From: the human T2T-CHM13v2.0 reference genome, Homo sapiens
DNA: 64,000 nt
Assembly: GCF_009914755.1 (NCBI RefSeq)
Contig: NC_060930.1
Reading direction: 5' to 3' (one strand)
Made by a program: the position numbers and the translations under genes. Below the pieces are notes generated by a model. It was not told the origin of the DNA. It saw nothing but the letters and a program-made list of their open reading frames with translations, and ran no database searches. Positions 26,821-42,822 of this stretch are shown here, piece by piece. How positions within the stretch are numbered: position 1 is the first letter of the stretch; every line of letters begins with the position of its first letter.

Positions 26821-28100
26821 ATTTATTTATTTATTGTTATACATTAAGTTCTGGGATACATGTGCAAAAAGTACAGGTTTGTTACATAAGTGTACACCTG
26901 CCATGGTGGTTTGCTGCACCTGTCAACCCATCATCTACATTAGGTATTTCTCCCAATGCTATCCCTCCCCAACCCCCCACCCCCAAACAGGCCCAGTGTG
27001 TGGTGTTCCCCTCCCTGTGTCCATGTGTTCTCATTGTTCAGCTCCCACTTATGAGTGAGAACATGTGGTGTTTTGTTCTCTGTTCCTGTGTTAGTTTGCT
27101 GAGAATGATGGTTTCCAGCTTCATCTATGTCCCTACAAAGGACATGAACTCATTCTTTTTATGGCTGCATAGTATTCCATGGTGTATATGTGCAACATTT
27201 TCTTTATCCAGTCTGTCATTGATGGGCATCTGGGTTGGTTCCAAGTCTTTGATATTGTGAATAGTGCTGCAATAAACATACGTGTGCATGTGTCCTTTGG
27301 GTATATATCCAGTAATGGGATGGCTGGGTCAAATGGTATTTCTGGTTCTAGATCCTTGAGGAATTGCCACACTGTCTTCCACAGTGGTTGAACTAATTTA
27401 CACTCCCACCAACAGTGTAAAAGTGTTCCTATTTCTTCACATCCTCTCCAGCATCTGTTGTTTCCTGACTTTTTAATGATCGCCATTCTAACTGGCATGA
27501 GATGGTATCTCATTGTGGTTTTGATTTGCATTTCTCTAATGACCAGTGATGATGAGTTTTTTTTCATATTTTTTTGGCCACATAAATGTCTTCTTTTGAG
27601 AAGTGTCTGTTTGTATCCTTCACCCACTTTTTGATGGGGTTGTTTGTTTTTTTCTTATAAATTTGTTGGAGTTTTTTGTAGATTCAGGATATTAGCCATT
27701 TGTCAGATGGATAGATTGCAAAAATTTTCTCCCATTCTGTAGGTTGTCTGTTCACTCTGAATGCCTACAGGAGAAAGTGGGAAAGATCTAAAATTGACAC
27801 TCTAACATCACAATGAAAAGAATTAGAGAAGCAAGAGCAAATAAATTCTAAAGCTAGCAGAAGAAAAAAAATAGCTAAGATCAGAGCAGAACTGAAGGAG
27901 ATAGATACATGAAAAACCCTTCAAAAAATCAATGAATCCAGGAGCTGGTTTTTTGGAAAGATTGACAAAATAGATAGACTGCTAGCTAGAGAATCATAAA
28001 GAAGAAAAGAGAGAAGAATCAAATAGACATAATAAAAAATGACAAAGGAGATATCACCACTGATCCCACCAAAATACAAACTACCATCAGAGAATACTAT
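26821..28100 (-). mobile_element. 5'-inverted L1PA with internal deletion
   Basis: 26821-27760 minus-strand ORF2 C-terminus and 3' UTR; ~27761-28104 plus-strand mid-ORF2. TSD aaaaa[a/t]tcctttt at 26808-26820 and 28101-28113. Confidence 0.88.
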
Positions 28101-29817
28101 AAAAATTCCTTTTCGAAGACACTACTGAAAAAAATAATTTTTCCTTGACTTATATTCTGCTTTGCAAAACCTTAAAAAATATATTTGTGATATTAAGTGT
28201 ACTACTCTGAGTCTCGTATTTCAGGCATTTGGACATGCAGGAACAATGTTTGACAGCATGGCATGTTAATAATAAATTCAGTAATCCTTCTGTTTCACTT
28301 ACTAGCACAGAGATTTCTGGGTCTCACCAAGAAATCAACATGATGAAAGGACAGAAGACATATTTAGAGAACAGAAAACTGTAAAGAAAAGTGACATGAA
28401 ATTATCATTGACAATAAAACAAGTATGTTGGGGGCTATGAAAAGTTCAGCATTTTGTTAACACTTTTTACATGCAGAAAGTAATTATAGCCCTGAGTAAA
28501 ATAATATTTACTTGCTAGAGGCAGAAAAACTGTGAGGAAAGAGAAGTGATAAAGTGATAAAATCACTTCTCTTTAGTGGAAAACAAACCATATGACTTAA
28601 AAGAGATATAGGACTGCCGGTTCTGTTCATATAAGAGATGTTCAAGCAAAATAGGAAAGAAGATACTGTGTGTGAAAAGGGAATGTGAATGAAGAAAAAA
28701 ATCTTAATTATTAAGTAACATGAGATATGTTAATAATCAATAATAATTGCTTGCAGATGATGCAATTAGTTGGCTGAAAACTACTGATGAGGTAACTGAG
28801 CTAATATGCCTGATAGTGCCTATATTTTTTGCATGATATTTATTATAACATTATTTGATCAAATCCAGGGAAAATGCTCATTTTGTTGAAAAACCAATGT
28901 TAACTGAAATGCAGATAAAAATTAATTGAAAATTTTATTATCTTAAAACATATTACTCATTGGTCCATTTCCAGGTTCATAGTTTAAGGATAAATTTTTT
29001 TTCAAATAATAATGTGAAGTGGGAATGCAAGAAAATATTAGCAATAAACATTTACTTAATGGCACCAATCTACATCTACTAAAATTTTACTGAAAATATT
29101 CTGAAATCATCTTATTTGAGCAGGATGCGAAATGAACTTTCATAATATGTGAAAAATAAAGTTGGCTCATCTGGAAGTATACCTACTCTGAGACTTGAAC
29201 CTCTCATCTTTATGGAAAAAAGGTTATTTTTTTTGGCAATTTGCAGAGCTCAGTATTAAACTGCAAATATTACATGTAGCTTCTTTCTGTTGCTATGGGT
29301 AAGTTACTTGAATGACTTCAACAGATTCTTGAACTAAGCAGAAATTGCTTCCCACTCAGTTATAATTTTACCATGCAGAGGCTAGAAATTGGGAATAAAT
29401 AATGAAAGAGGTCATTCTGGTTCACATTTAATGCTCTGTGTGGGATGTAGCTGATGACTGGAGAGAAAAACATGACCTGGTGGTAGAGAGTTGTTGCTTT
29501 ATGATTCGAAAGAAATTCTGTCAGCTCTGACTTTAATTTCACATAAGTAAATGGGAAAAAAAAAACCTGTCATGAAGGAACAAATATGGTTAGTAAAGTT
29601 TTACTTTTAAAGTTGTACCCTACAGAAAGAAGTAAATAATTACCATTAAAGAAAAGCATAGAATGTGGATTTCTTACAATCCAATCATACCTGTGGAATC
29701 ATTTGTCATTTGTTATTGAGATAAACATTGAAGAAATTAAAGACATAAACTATATTTTTGCCAAAAGCAATTTGTATGAAATCCATAGCTTTGTTAATTG
29801 ATAAAAAATTTGGAGGG

Positions 29818-30187
29818 TGTATTAGTCAGTTCAAGATAACAAAATACCGTAGACTGGGTGGCCTAGACATTTATTTCTCACATTTATGGAAGGTGGAAAG
29901 TAAAATATCAGGGTGCCAGCATTATAGGATTCTGGTGAGACCCCTCTTCTTGGCTTGCAGATGATCATCTTCTTGCTGTGTCCTCACTCTGTCCTCACAT
30001 GCAGGGGAGAGAGAGAGTGCCCATTCTGGTGTTTCTTCTTATAAAGGCACTAATCACACCATAAGGGCCCCACCCTATGGCCTCTTCTAAACCTAATAGC
30101 CTCCCAAAGGCGCCATCTCCAAATGCCATAACATTAGGAGTTAGGATTTCATATGAATTTTGTGAGGACACAATTAAGTCCATAGCA
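29818..30187 (-). mobile_element. MLT1A-like solo LTR
   Basis: tgtattagtcag...ataacaaaataccgtagactgggtgg...ggacacaattaagtccatagca. Confidence 0.8.
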
Positions 30188-30665
30188 GATGGCCACAATT
30201 TCTTGTAACTCTCCTTTTTGGGAAGTGATATTTATTTTCCCTTAGCTAGAATCTAATCTGGCCCTGTGGCTGCTTAAGCAATAGATTGCAGCAAAAGTGG
30301 CACTGTGCCAGTTCTAGGCTTAGCCGTTTAGAAGACCGACTGGCAGCCTTTGCTTCTGCCCTCTGGATACCCTGCCATCAAGCTGTGAGAGCATGTGTAG
30401 GTGCTGTGGACACAAGCCCCACCGAGAGCCGCCAGCCTTCATCCAGCATCAACAGACAGCCCTGTGAGTGAGCCATGTGGGATATTCAGCCAAATAGAGC
30501 CTCCAGATGCTCCCAGATGCTTACTGTGGTTCCAGGTGGTATCACAGGACTAAAACTTCCCAGGTGATTCCAGTCAACACACAGAACTGTGGAGAATAAT
30601 AAAATGATTGCTTTAAGCTATTAACTTTTGGCTGCTTTGTGATAGAGCAATAGCTAATCAAAATG
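30188..30665 (+). mobile_element. Older MLT1 (F/H-like) LTR
   Basis: gatggccacaatt...gtgagccatgtgggatattcagcc...ttaagctattaacttttgg...gcaatag. Confidence 0.65.
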
Positions 30666-30829
30666 TGCATTTTGCATGAAGATTATATCAAGTTTTGTTA
30701 AAAGCTAAGTATTATAGATGACAGAATGAATAGAAAATTAGTAAATTTGATCTATAGTAACAGTTGTGCCTGCAATCTAATGGTCATTAGATTGTATTAG
30801 TCTCTATGGGCATTGATTGCTCGGTAACA

Positions 30830-30985
30830 GCCCTGTGGAGCCCACCTATATGAAAAGTCATCCCTTCCCATATGCAGGTTTCACATCTCACAAATACCAT
30901 ATTTTTGATAAGCAGTTGGTTGAAAACAGTCCACGTCTAAGTTGACCTGTGCAATTCAATTCTGTTTTGTTGAAGGATCAACTGT
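30830..30985. mobile_element. TcMar-Tigger2/MER8-like DNA transposon end
   Basis: Terminal ...gacctgtgcaattcaattctgttttgttgaaggatcaactg followed by TA. Confidence 0.65.
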
Positions 30986-31837
30986 ATTCAGAACCTTACC
31001 TTAGTAAAGATTGCCTGTTTTTAATGAGAGCAGAAGAATGCCAAGAATTTAAATATTTTGACATTAAACTTTTATGTTCTCATCGATATGTTTTTAAAAT
31101 AGATTAAAACAAAAAAAAGCAAAAAGAAAAACTCCAAAAGACAACAAGCCTAGTCACCCTAAAAAGGTTTCTTAGCTTCAATAAACTATAAATAGAAACC
31201 TCTATATGTTGAGTTAGTTGTGGTATTAGGTGCCTGAATATTTCTATCCATATTTGGTCGTAATGAATCAGTGATATGAAATTGCATTGGTTTGTCACTG
31301 TTAGTTTGTTGGATTTTATCTCAGATCTTAGGGTTGAGTTACATGTAAACATGTGCTTCTGTGGGTTGATTAAACAAGTTTTTCAATCAACTTCACTGAG
31401 AAACAGAGTTAGGAAACCTGTCTTCTAGGGGAAGCTTTGAGAAAAAACTACTAGCTATGTTATTTTGAGCAAGTTGTCAACACACTTGCCTCAATATATG
31501 ACTCAAGAAAAAAAAATAACTATTCTTGTCCTGTTTACATGGAAGGATTTTTCTTCAAAATAAATGATCATATATACAAGGGATATTTATGGAGAAGGCT
31601 TTTTAAGCTAAAATAATTGTATTGTCATTCTTAATAATTTTGCTGTTAGTAATTTTGTGTTTTTTCTGTCAATTTTGAAAATTATTTTATTACACTTTTC
31701 TGAGGCCCAAAGTTGATCATTTGGTCAATTGTGGTGTCTGCTTGCTTTATTCATAAGGCCTCCGAAGTTAACTGATATTTAGTTGGAACATAAACCATGA
31801 ACTATTGGGGAGAGATGATAAAAGATAATTATACAAA

Positions 31838-32906
<1,069 letters not shown>

Positions 32907-33157
32907 CAAAAAATTAGGTGACAATTTCAGGCATCGAAGCCTCTTCTTGTCCTAGCTCTATTTTAATCCATCCAGAACCTATAATATATAGATCCTACCT
33001 CCAATTTACCGTTCATCAGTCTCTCAGGTCCTCAGTTTTTCTCCACAACCAACTTAGATTCCATAGCTTATCCTTTTAACCATACCCTTGCTTATACCAT
33101 TTCTCCCTTGCTTCTCTTTCCTTATATATTTCCCCTGGGAAATGATGTGACTACATA

Positions 33158-33672
33158 ATGCTATGGTTAATTTCATATGTCAACTCAACTGGGCTAAGGG
33201 ATGTCCAGATAGCTGGTAAAACAATATTTCTGGATGTGTCTGTGAGGGAATTTCTGGAAGAGATTAGCATTTGAATTCTTGAACTGACTAAGGCAGATGG
33301 CCATCCCCAATGTAGGTGGGCATTGTCCACTCCATTAAGGGCTTGATTATATAGAACAAAAAGTCAGAGGACATCCATCTTCTTTAGCTGGGACACCCAT
33401 CTACTCCTAGCCTCAGATATTTGAGTTCCTATTTCTCAAGACTTCAGACTCTAGGGCTTACACAGCATACCCCTGCCAACACTCCAGTTCTCAGGCCTTC
33501 AGACTGACTGAATCACACCACTAGCTTTCCTGGTTCCACAGCTTACAAATGACATATCATGGGACTTTCACGCCTCCCTAACCACGTGAGAAAATTTTCA
33601 TAGTATATCCTCTCTTATATACCTATATGTATCCTATTGATTCTGTTTCTTTGGAGAACATTGACCAACACA
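33158..33672 (+). mobile_element. MLT2 (ERVL) solo LTR
   Basis: ggttaatttcatatgtcaact...ccagatagctggtaaaaca...ctattgattctgtttctttggagaac. Confidence 0.82.
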
Positions 33673-34040
33673 CAGAATAAGTATTCTTGTCTTGCTTCAT
33701 TCACTCCAGCTAATGTTTTTATAATTTATCCATGTATGTATCTGTAGTTATTTTGTTCCCAAATGGTACTGCTGAATATATCACAATTTGTTTATTCTTC
33801 TGTTTGTTGATTGGCACTTGGGTTATTTCCAATTTTTGCTATAAATAAAGCTGCTGTGTGTGTACAAATCTTTGTATAAGCATATGTTACCAGTTTTCTT
33901 AGGTAAATACCTAAGACTAGAATTGCTGGATCTTAGGGTAGGTGTGTGCTTAACTTTACAAGTAACTACTAAACAGTTTTCCATCACCAGTAGGATAAGA
34001 GTTGCAGTTGCTTGGCATCCTCTCCGACACTGATATTTAT
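33673..34040 (-). mobile_element. Old L1ME fragment
   Basis: ggtaaatacctaagactagaattgctggatc...actaaacagttttcc. Confidence 0.6.
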
Positions 34041-35247
34041 ATTGGTTAGTTCATGTTTCATAATAACTCTCTTCCGTAAAATAACACTGATCTATCCAGT
34101 TCATTGGAGCTGAATGGCCAAGGCTAGCCTCACTTGTATATTTGATGGTTTAACTTATTATTAAGTGAAATGATGGTCATGACTTGGCCTTGTGTATTTC
34201 AGAAGCTAGCAGGGCTCATCCACATGCTAGCTAGCTTACAAAATCAGCAAGAAAAGGCAAGCTCCTGTACATTTTCATTTTGTATATCTCTACTTGGGTT
34301 ATGTTTGCTAGTGTCTCAGTAGCCAAAGAAAGTCATGTGTCTAGGAACATATTTAGAAGGTGTAGAAATAGACTCCATCTTTATAGGAGGAACTGAAAAG
34401 TCCCATTGGGCAGGAACATTGCTATAGAGATAGGAAGTATGTGAGGCCTTTTTGCAGTCTTCTCTTTGACCGCAAATTGCTTTTGTTATTCTCACATGAA
34501 AAATATAATCATCCTCATTCCAGTTTCATATCAATAATGGCATCAGACTCAAAGTCTAGGATCTAGTTCTCTAAATCAGATTCAAGTGCAGATGAGGTGC
34601 CAGTAAATATAGTAATCAAGGCTTGGTCAGGGAAGCAGAGCTTCAGTGAGTGTTATTAGAATAAGGGATTTATTAAATGCATTAGATTTTATACTCAAGT
34701 GAGAGTAGATGGAGTAAATGGGAGAGTTGTTGGATCAGAGTCACTAATGAGTTTACCTGAAAGGTTGGTGCAGGTGGACAAGTAAGATCCTTCAAGAGAA
34801 TCTGAGAAACCAAGCACATCCAGTGACTGTAGTAGGACCAAGAAGAGGAAGTTCATGGAGAGGTCTATGGGAAGCTGTTGCCTAGGGTAGCTACCATGGC
34901 CAACCATCTGATGATAGAACTGGGACTGCTGTTGGTCATGTTGATGAGTGGGACATGTAGCAAACAAGAACTTGCTGTAACTGAATGGACACATTTTCAC
35001 CTGTCTGACACCCTACCTGACACTGACAAACATTCAAGAGTAATGGCCACTGCTTCATTAGGTGTTTAACTTGTCACTGTTACCTCCTTCACCTGTAAAG
35101 GTCTACCCCAAATATATACATGTCCCCTTTTATCACTGTCATCAGGTCTCTCCACAAATGTCACTATAGCCTTTTACTTCTGACCACTTTATATGAAATA
35201 AACCTAAGTCATCTCCTCTGTACCTCCTTCCATCATCCAGTTTATCT

Positions 35248-35378
35248 GGGTGACCTTACATTTAAGTTTGTACAGGATGTCCCAGCTTATGCCTGCTGAC
35301 CTGGCATCCTGTCTAGTTTTCAGTTCCTTTTGTTCTAAAAACATGTCCCTATTTAGACAATAAATTACCTATCACCCT
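35248..35378. mobile_element. MER94-like hAT-Blackjack MITE
   Basis: Terminal inverted repeats gggtgacc...tcaccct around a ~130-bp body with tgtccctatttagacaataaatta. Confidence 0.65.
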
Positions 35379-36009
35379 ACTTTTATCCTGATTCATTTTT
35401 CTTCATGACACTTATCAACTAACTGTCATATTATACATTTGCATGGTTTTTTATTTCTAGTTTCCCCTCTTTTAAAGGGATTGTAAATTCCACGGGGCAG
35501 TCTTTATGGTTAACTGCTTTAGAACGTGACCCTGCACATAGTACTCAGTAAATAACTCTTGCATTAAATAATTAATAAGTCCACTAGTTGTATGACTTTG
35601 GGCATGTCACTTCACCTTTTGAACTTCTGTTTTCTTTTCCCCTTGTTTGTAATGAGGTCCTAGATGAAATGAGATCGTAAGTCTAAAATCCAATAATTGC
35701 TTATGAAACCTTCTTCCTTTCGAGGACAAATTTCATTTAACAGTTGCTCTGTGTAGAGGGAGAATATTAGAGCTATGTTTTTAATAAGCTAGAGTAGTCA
35801 TCTAAAGCAATAAAAGACATTTTTAAAGTATAATTTCATCTAAGCAGCAAGGATTGATTTAAAAATAATAATCACAGTGTCTTTACTTGCATGAAGAAAT
35901 TAAGCCTAAATCCCTATTAATCATTTTCTGACTTGAATTTTCCCCCAGGTTCTTATAAAAATAAAAATATATTTTATAGCATTGGTAAAGTTATTTAGGG
36001 AATTTAATT

Positions 36010-37110
36010 TATGATGATAATCCCCAAATTTCCATCTCTAGCTCAGATCTATGCCCTGAACTCCAGGCTCATATATCCAACTACCTTCATGAGATTTCTG
36101 CTTGGGTTACTAATAGGCATCTCAAAACTAAAATGTTAAAATCTAAACTCCTCATTTTCTGCCATAGCCTATGCTCTCAAAGTCTCTCATTTAAGCAGAT
36201 GGCAATTGCATTCTTTCAGTTACTCAGGCCAAAATCCTTGCTGTCACCTTGACTCTTCCTTTATCTCATTTTATCTCATACCTCACATCCAATCTATCAG
36301 CAAATCCTATTAACTATACCTTCAAAATACACCAAGAATCAGGCCAGTCCTCACCCTCCTATACTTTTCCCCAGCGTAGCCAACATTGCATTTCTCTGAA
36401 TTACTGCAATAGCATTTTAACTTACTTTCTGTAGCTTCTGCCCTTCTCATCCTGAGCAGCCACCTATGTCTATTTTCAACAAATCATCCAGAAAGATCAT
36501 TTTAAAGCCTAAGTTAGATCATGTCACTTCTTTGCCCCAAATTTTCTAATTGCTTTCATCTGATTCAGGATAAAGGCCATGTTCCTGATAGGGGTGTATA
36601 GGATCTGCCATCCTGCTGCCTCTCTAAATTCATCTTTTACTACTTTTCCCCATGCTCTGTTTGTTCTTTTCATGAAGGCATAGTATACATCATGTACCCT
36701 CCTATCTCAAAATTTCACTTGCTACTGGCCTTGCCCAGAATGGTCTTACCTTCAGAGGTATGGGTGGCTTGGTCTCTTTCCCACTTCAAATCTTACTTCA
36801 AATCTTTCTTCAATTGTCCCATTATTAGAGTGGCCATTCCTATGCCCTTGATGCAATTAATAGCAATTTCCTCCTCAATTTTTCCATTTCCTATTTTCTC
36901 TACCCTATTTCCCTTTCCTATTTAGTATTTACCCACTTTTGACATAGTATAACAACATGCATATTATGTGTTTATTATCTTTCTCCCTGTACTAGAATGT
37001 AAGTTCACAAGAACTAGGATTTTGTCTGTTTTGAACCCTTCCAGACCCTAGAATTGGACTTTGAACATAGCAGATGTTCAATAAGTTTGTGTTAAATCAA
37101 AGAATGGATA
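36010..37110 (+). mobile_element. L2 3' region
   Basis: ccctgaactccaggctcatatatccaact...ctagaatgtaagttc...gttcaataagtttg. Confidence 0.8.
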
Positions 37111-37685
37111 AGTCTGTTTATTAGATGAAGCTTTCATTATCCAATGCTCTTCTTCCTCTTATAGCCTTTAACTTTAGCTCCATCTTTTCGACTCCTTGAT
37201 AAAGCAAACTTATCTTAAATTAGTTGCCTTTAAATTAATGCATATTATAAAACTGTGTTTTAAACTTGGTTATGAAGCTGACAATATGCTCAAATGCAAA
37301 CAGTGTAAAATGCCTAATCACATTTGAAAGCATCATTCTCTGAGAGAGCAACACATGCCTCGTGTCAAGAGGGATGACAAGGTTGGATGTCAATCCTTTT
37401 TAGCATTCCCCTTTTTAGAGGGGAAAGGATTGGCAGAATCAGAGATACTTTGATGCCTTTCTACTTTGTTTCCCAGGCTTCTGCCACTGCTCACTTCTTG
37501 CTGTTTTAATTCGGCAAAAAGCCCACCATACATATGTCCTTACACTACCCTCAAATTGTTCAGTTTCCCATAGTGATGCCCTACTCAAGACATTCCTCAC
37601 CAAAGTATTCTTTAATTCTGGAAGTGCTGGTGTCTATACTAGCACTAATGAGGATCTGGAACATCATCTAGTTCATCTGACCATT

Positions 37686-37850
37686 CTTTTTTTTTTTCTT
37701 TTTTGAGACAAGGCCTGGCTCTGTTGCCAGGCTGGAGTGCCATGTTGCAACCATAGCTCACTGGAGCCTCCGCCTCTTGGGCTCAAGTGATCCTCCTGCT
37801 TCAGCTCCCAAAGTGCTGGAATTACAGGCATGAGCCACCATACCCAGCTT
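37686..37850 (-). mobile_element. Alu monomer / deleted AluJ
   Basis: Poly-T then gagacaagg...gggctcaagtgatcctcc...caaagtgctgg. Confidence 0.85.
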
Positions 37851-39929
37851 ACCTGACAATTTTCTAAGTAAGGAAACTAGAACTTGGAAAGATGAAATGA
37901 CTCATGCAAAGCCAGTCCAGGCCTCCACTTCCCCATTCCTGTTCATCTGTCCTGTACTGTATTTCCAATCACATTAGTTAAATACAGGAATAACCTAAAA
38001 GTCCAGTAAGAGGGCAATGGCTAAGTACATCCATGTGAGGCTTACTACACAGCTATTAAAATTTTTATCATGTAGAAAACAATTAAGTGACCTTAGTAAA
38101 TGTTAACAACAATAGTTAAGTGAAAAAAGTCAAATACTCAATTTATAAAATAATTGCGTACATAATGGGAAGCCTCTGTAACATCAAAATATTGTCAGTG
38201 GTTATTTCTGGAAGTTAGGATTAGAGATTTTTTTTACTTGTGCTTATACTTGCATATTTCCAAAATCAACACTTTTATAATAAAAAAATCTAACTTTTCT
38301 TCTGCTCCATGCTCCTAATTAAATTTGTCTGCATTTTTAAACACTAGAATATATTTTTAAATGTTACTTTTTTGTATAAATAGCATGTGTGAGATATGAT
38401 ATTTAAATATGTGGAAAATTGAATAAGCTTCATAAATGTAAAGAATTACTAGCAATTAAGTCAAAAGACAGAATGGCATCTAACAACCTTCACAAGGTAT
38501 ATAAGATGAAGATTCTTTGGGGAGACTAGTATACCTTATGATAATCATGAAGCTCTATTTTTTCTTTATAATTCTCATGTTTTAAAATTATACTTCAAAT
38601 TAATTTTCTATCCTTTTAAAAGTTTTTGGAATTATTTGAAATCTTTATAGATCATCTCAATACAAAATTCTGTTAGTCTCTTCTTTGCAACTTCGGTTTA
38701 TGCCAAGCTATTTTTGAACCTTCATATAGACTACGTAATGGTTTCTCATATAAGAATGATTGCGTTGTCTTATGTTGTTTCATTTTTGTTTAAAATATGC
38801 ATCTCAATTGTCACAATAATCAGATGAGGAATGAAGTTTATAACCATTTTTTAGATGAGTAAAATCAAGGTCAGAGAGTCTAAATAGCTTGCCTGTTATC
38901 ATACATCTTACAAATAATAGAGCTAAGTTGAAACCCAAGTCTAAATGCCAGTAAACTCAATGCTACAATTAGAATCTACCTGTACACTGCCTAAATAGAA
39001 TCTTCTAAATTAACTTGGTGACATATTGCATAAGTGCAAAAATGGAGAAGTTTGTCTAGTGTTCTTTCATCTGCTCTTGTACTTGTGCTGAAACCTTCAA
39101 AACATCACCTTTCACTATCTAGAACTTCTTGCTGCAGCAAGTCACCCAGGACTGCTTCATGATCCAGATCTGAAATGTCACTCCCACCCTCTCACCATGC
39201 ATCTGTCTTGTGCTTATGCCCATGTGTCTAATCTCAGCTAGAGATTTCTTTCCAGTCACAATGTGCTGTATGACCCCTTCGATGTCCTTCATCAGGATTA
39301 ACAGCTATTCTATGGAATTCATTGTGTCATTTTGTAAATATCAGTCCTAGTTCCTTGTAGGTTCATAACCCACAAGATTATGAGTTCTTTGGGGATAAAA
39401 ACCAAATCTTAGTCATCTTTTTAGAAATACACAAGGCATAAAATTAACCTCCAGATAAACTAAACATCCAGATAAACACAATTACATTAAAGAAAAATTA
39501 ATAGCTGTAACAGATGGTACAAGCATCCAAGAAGGTAGAATTCAACATGTCCTGTAGCTAATAAAAAATAGAGCAAATGAGGAAAACATGTCCTATTAGG
39601 AGGAAAGATAATTCAACTGAACCTGACCCAGAAATGACATAGATGTTAGTTAATAGACAAGAACAAGAAATCGGTTATTATAACTATATCTCTTATTTTT
39701 AGAGTGGCAACAGCCATCCAGTTTCTTAATCCTTATAATTACTATTTCTCAAAACCTCTCAAAGGCCTGAGATATTGTATCTGTTGGTGCATTCTCTTCT
39801 ACTATTATCTTGTTGTAATTTACCACAGGTCAAAGTTTAACAGTTGCACTGCAATCCTGCACTAATGAGGAACTCATTACCTGTTGGTCAGCTCCAAAGC
39901 TGACCCATTTTACAATGTTTGCTTTAACT

Positions 39930-41640
<1,711 letters not shown>

Positions 41641-42394
41641 TCCCAAATCCCATTTTAGAGTCTGCTTCCTAGGATCATCCCTATTACTAACACTGTTCCA
41701 AGCTAGTTCCCAGGAACCAGGCTCTGGTGCTCTGAGATTTGCATGCATGAGGTTTATTAGTGAGTATTCTCAATAACATCTGTAGGGGAAGCAGGATTGG
41801 GGAGAAGGAGAAGTTAAACTGCAACGCAGTTGTAACAGAAGCCTTCATGGGTCATAAGGGAAGTTCTGGAGAGAGAAGCACCTTTCAGAGTTGCCCCATT
41901 TATATCCCCTTCTTACATAAACTAGTGGGACACATGTAGCTCTCAGTGCAAGTATACAACAAAGGGTGAGTGTCTCTGTCCAGAAGGGGAAACAGAACCA
42001 CCCATCTGCTGCACAGATAATTGCAGCATTGTACAAAATAGGTTTGTTTGCATCCTGATGAAGCATTTAGTTACAGTTAGTCATTGCTTCTTCTTGAAGC
42101 AGCTTATCAAAATGGAAATTGTTTTTCAACTAATAACTTATTTCCATATCCCCCATTTTTTAAAGAACCTCTATTCAGAATTTCCTTTCACAGGTCATTA
42201 AAACTATAAATTCAATTTTTCCCAGAATAACGGGGCTTTCTGTGGCAGGGCCAGCAGGTTTCATATCTGCAGGATCCAACTTCTCCTTAACAGGTGTAGA
42301 GACTGAATATTACTGGACACAACTGAATGTCAGTTGTGATTTTTAATACCATTTCCAATGATCTGAAGTAAATATGTTTTGAACTCTGAAGTAG

Positions 42395-42822
42395 GCAGTG
42401 TGTATGTAGCAGAGAGTTTAGGAGCCTGCACTCTGAAACCAAAGTGTTCACCTATGCATTTTGACTCCATTCCCCCTGTGCTTTGGACTTTGGGCAAGTT
42501 GCTTTGCCTTTCTAAAGCTCATTTTCTTCGCTATAAAATGGGCAGAGTTTCATACTTCATAGGGTTGTGATCACTGAAGGTGTCAGAGGCAGAATAATGT
42601 GGTTATAAAGAGCATGGGTCTAGAGCCATGAGTTTGAATCATGCCTGATCACTTACTAACTTAATTTAGCCACTCTTTGCCTATGTTCCTATTTATAAAA
42701 GAGAGATTATAATAGCAAATCCCTAGGGTGTTTGTAAGGATTAAGTGAATTAATACAGAAAAATAGCTTAGAAGAGGGTCAAGCACATAGCAAGTGCTCA
42801 ACAAATGTAAGCTCTTATTATT
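42395..42822. mobile_element. Two tandem MIR fragments
   Basis: ctttgggcaagtt...ataaaatggg and taaggattaagtgaattaatac...gtgctcaacaaatg. Confidence 0.7.
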
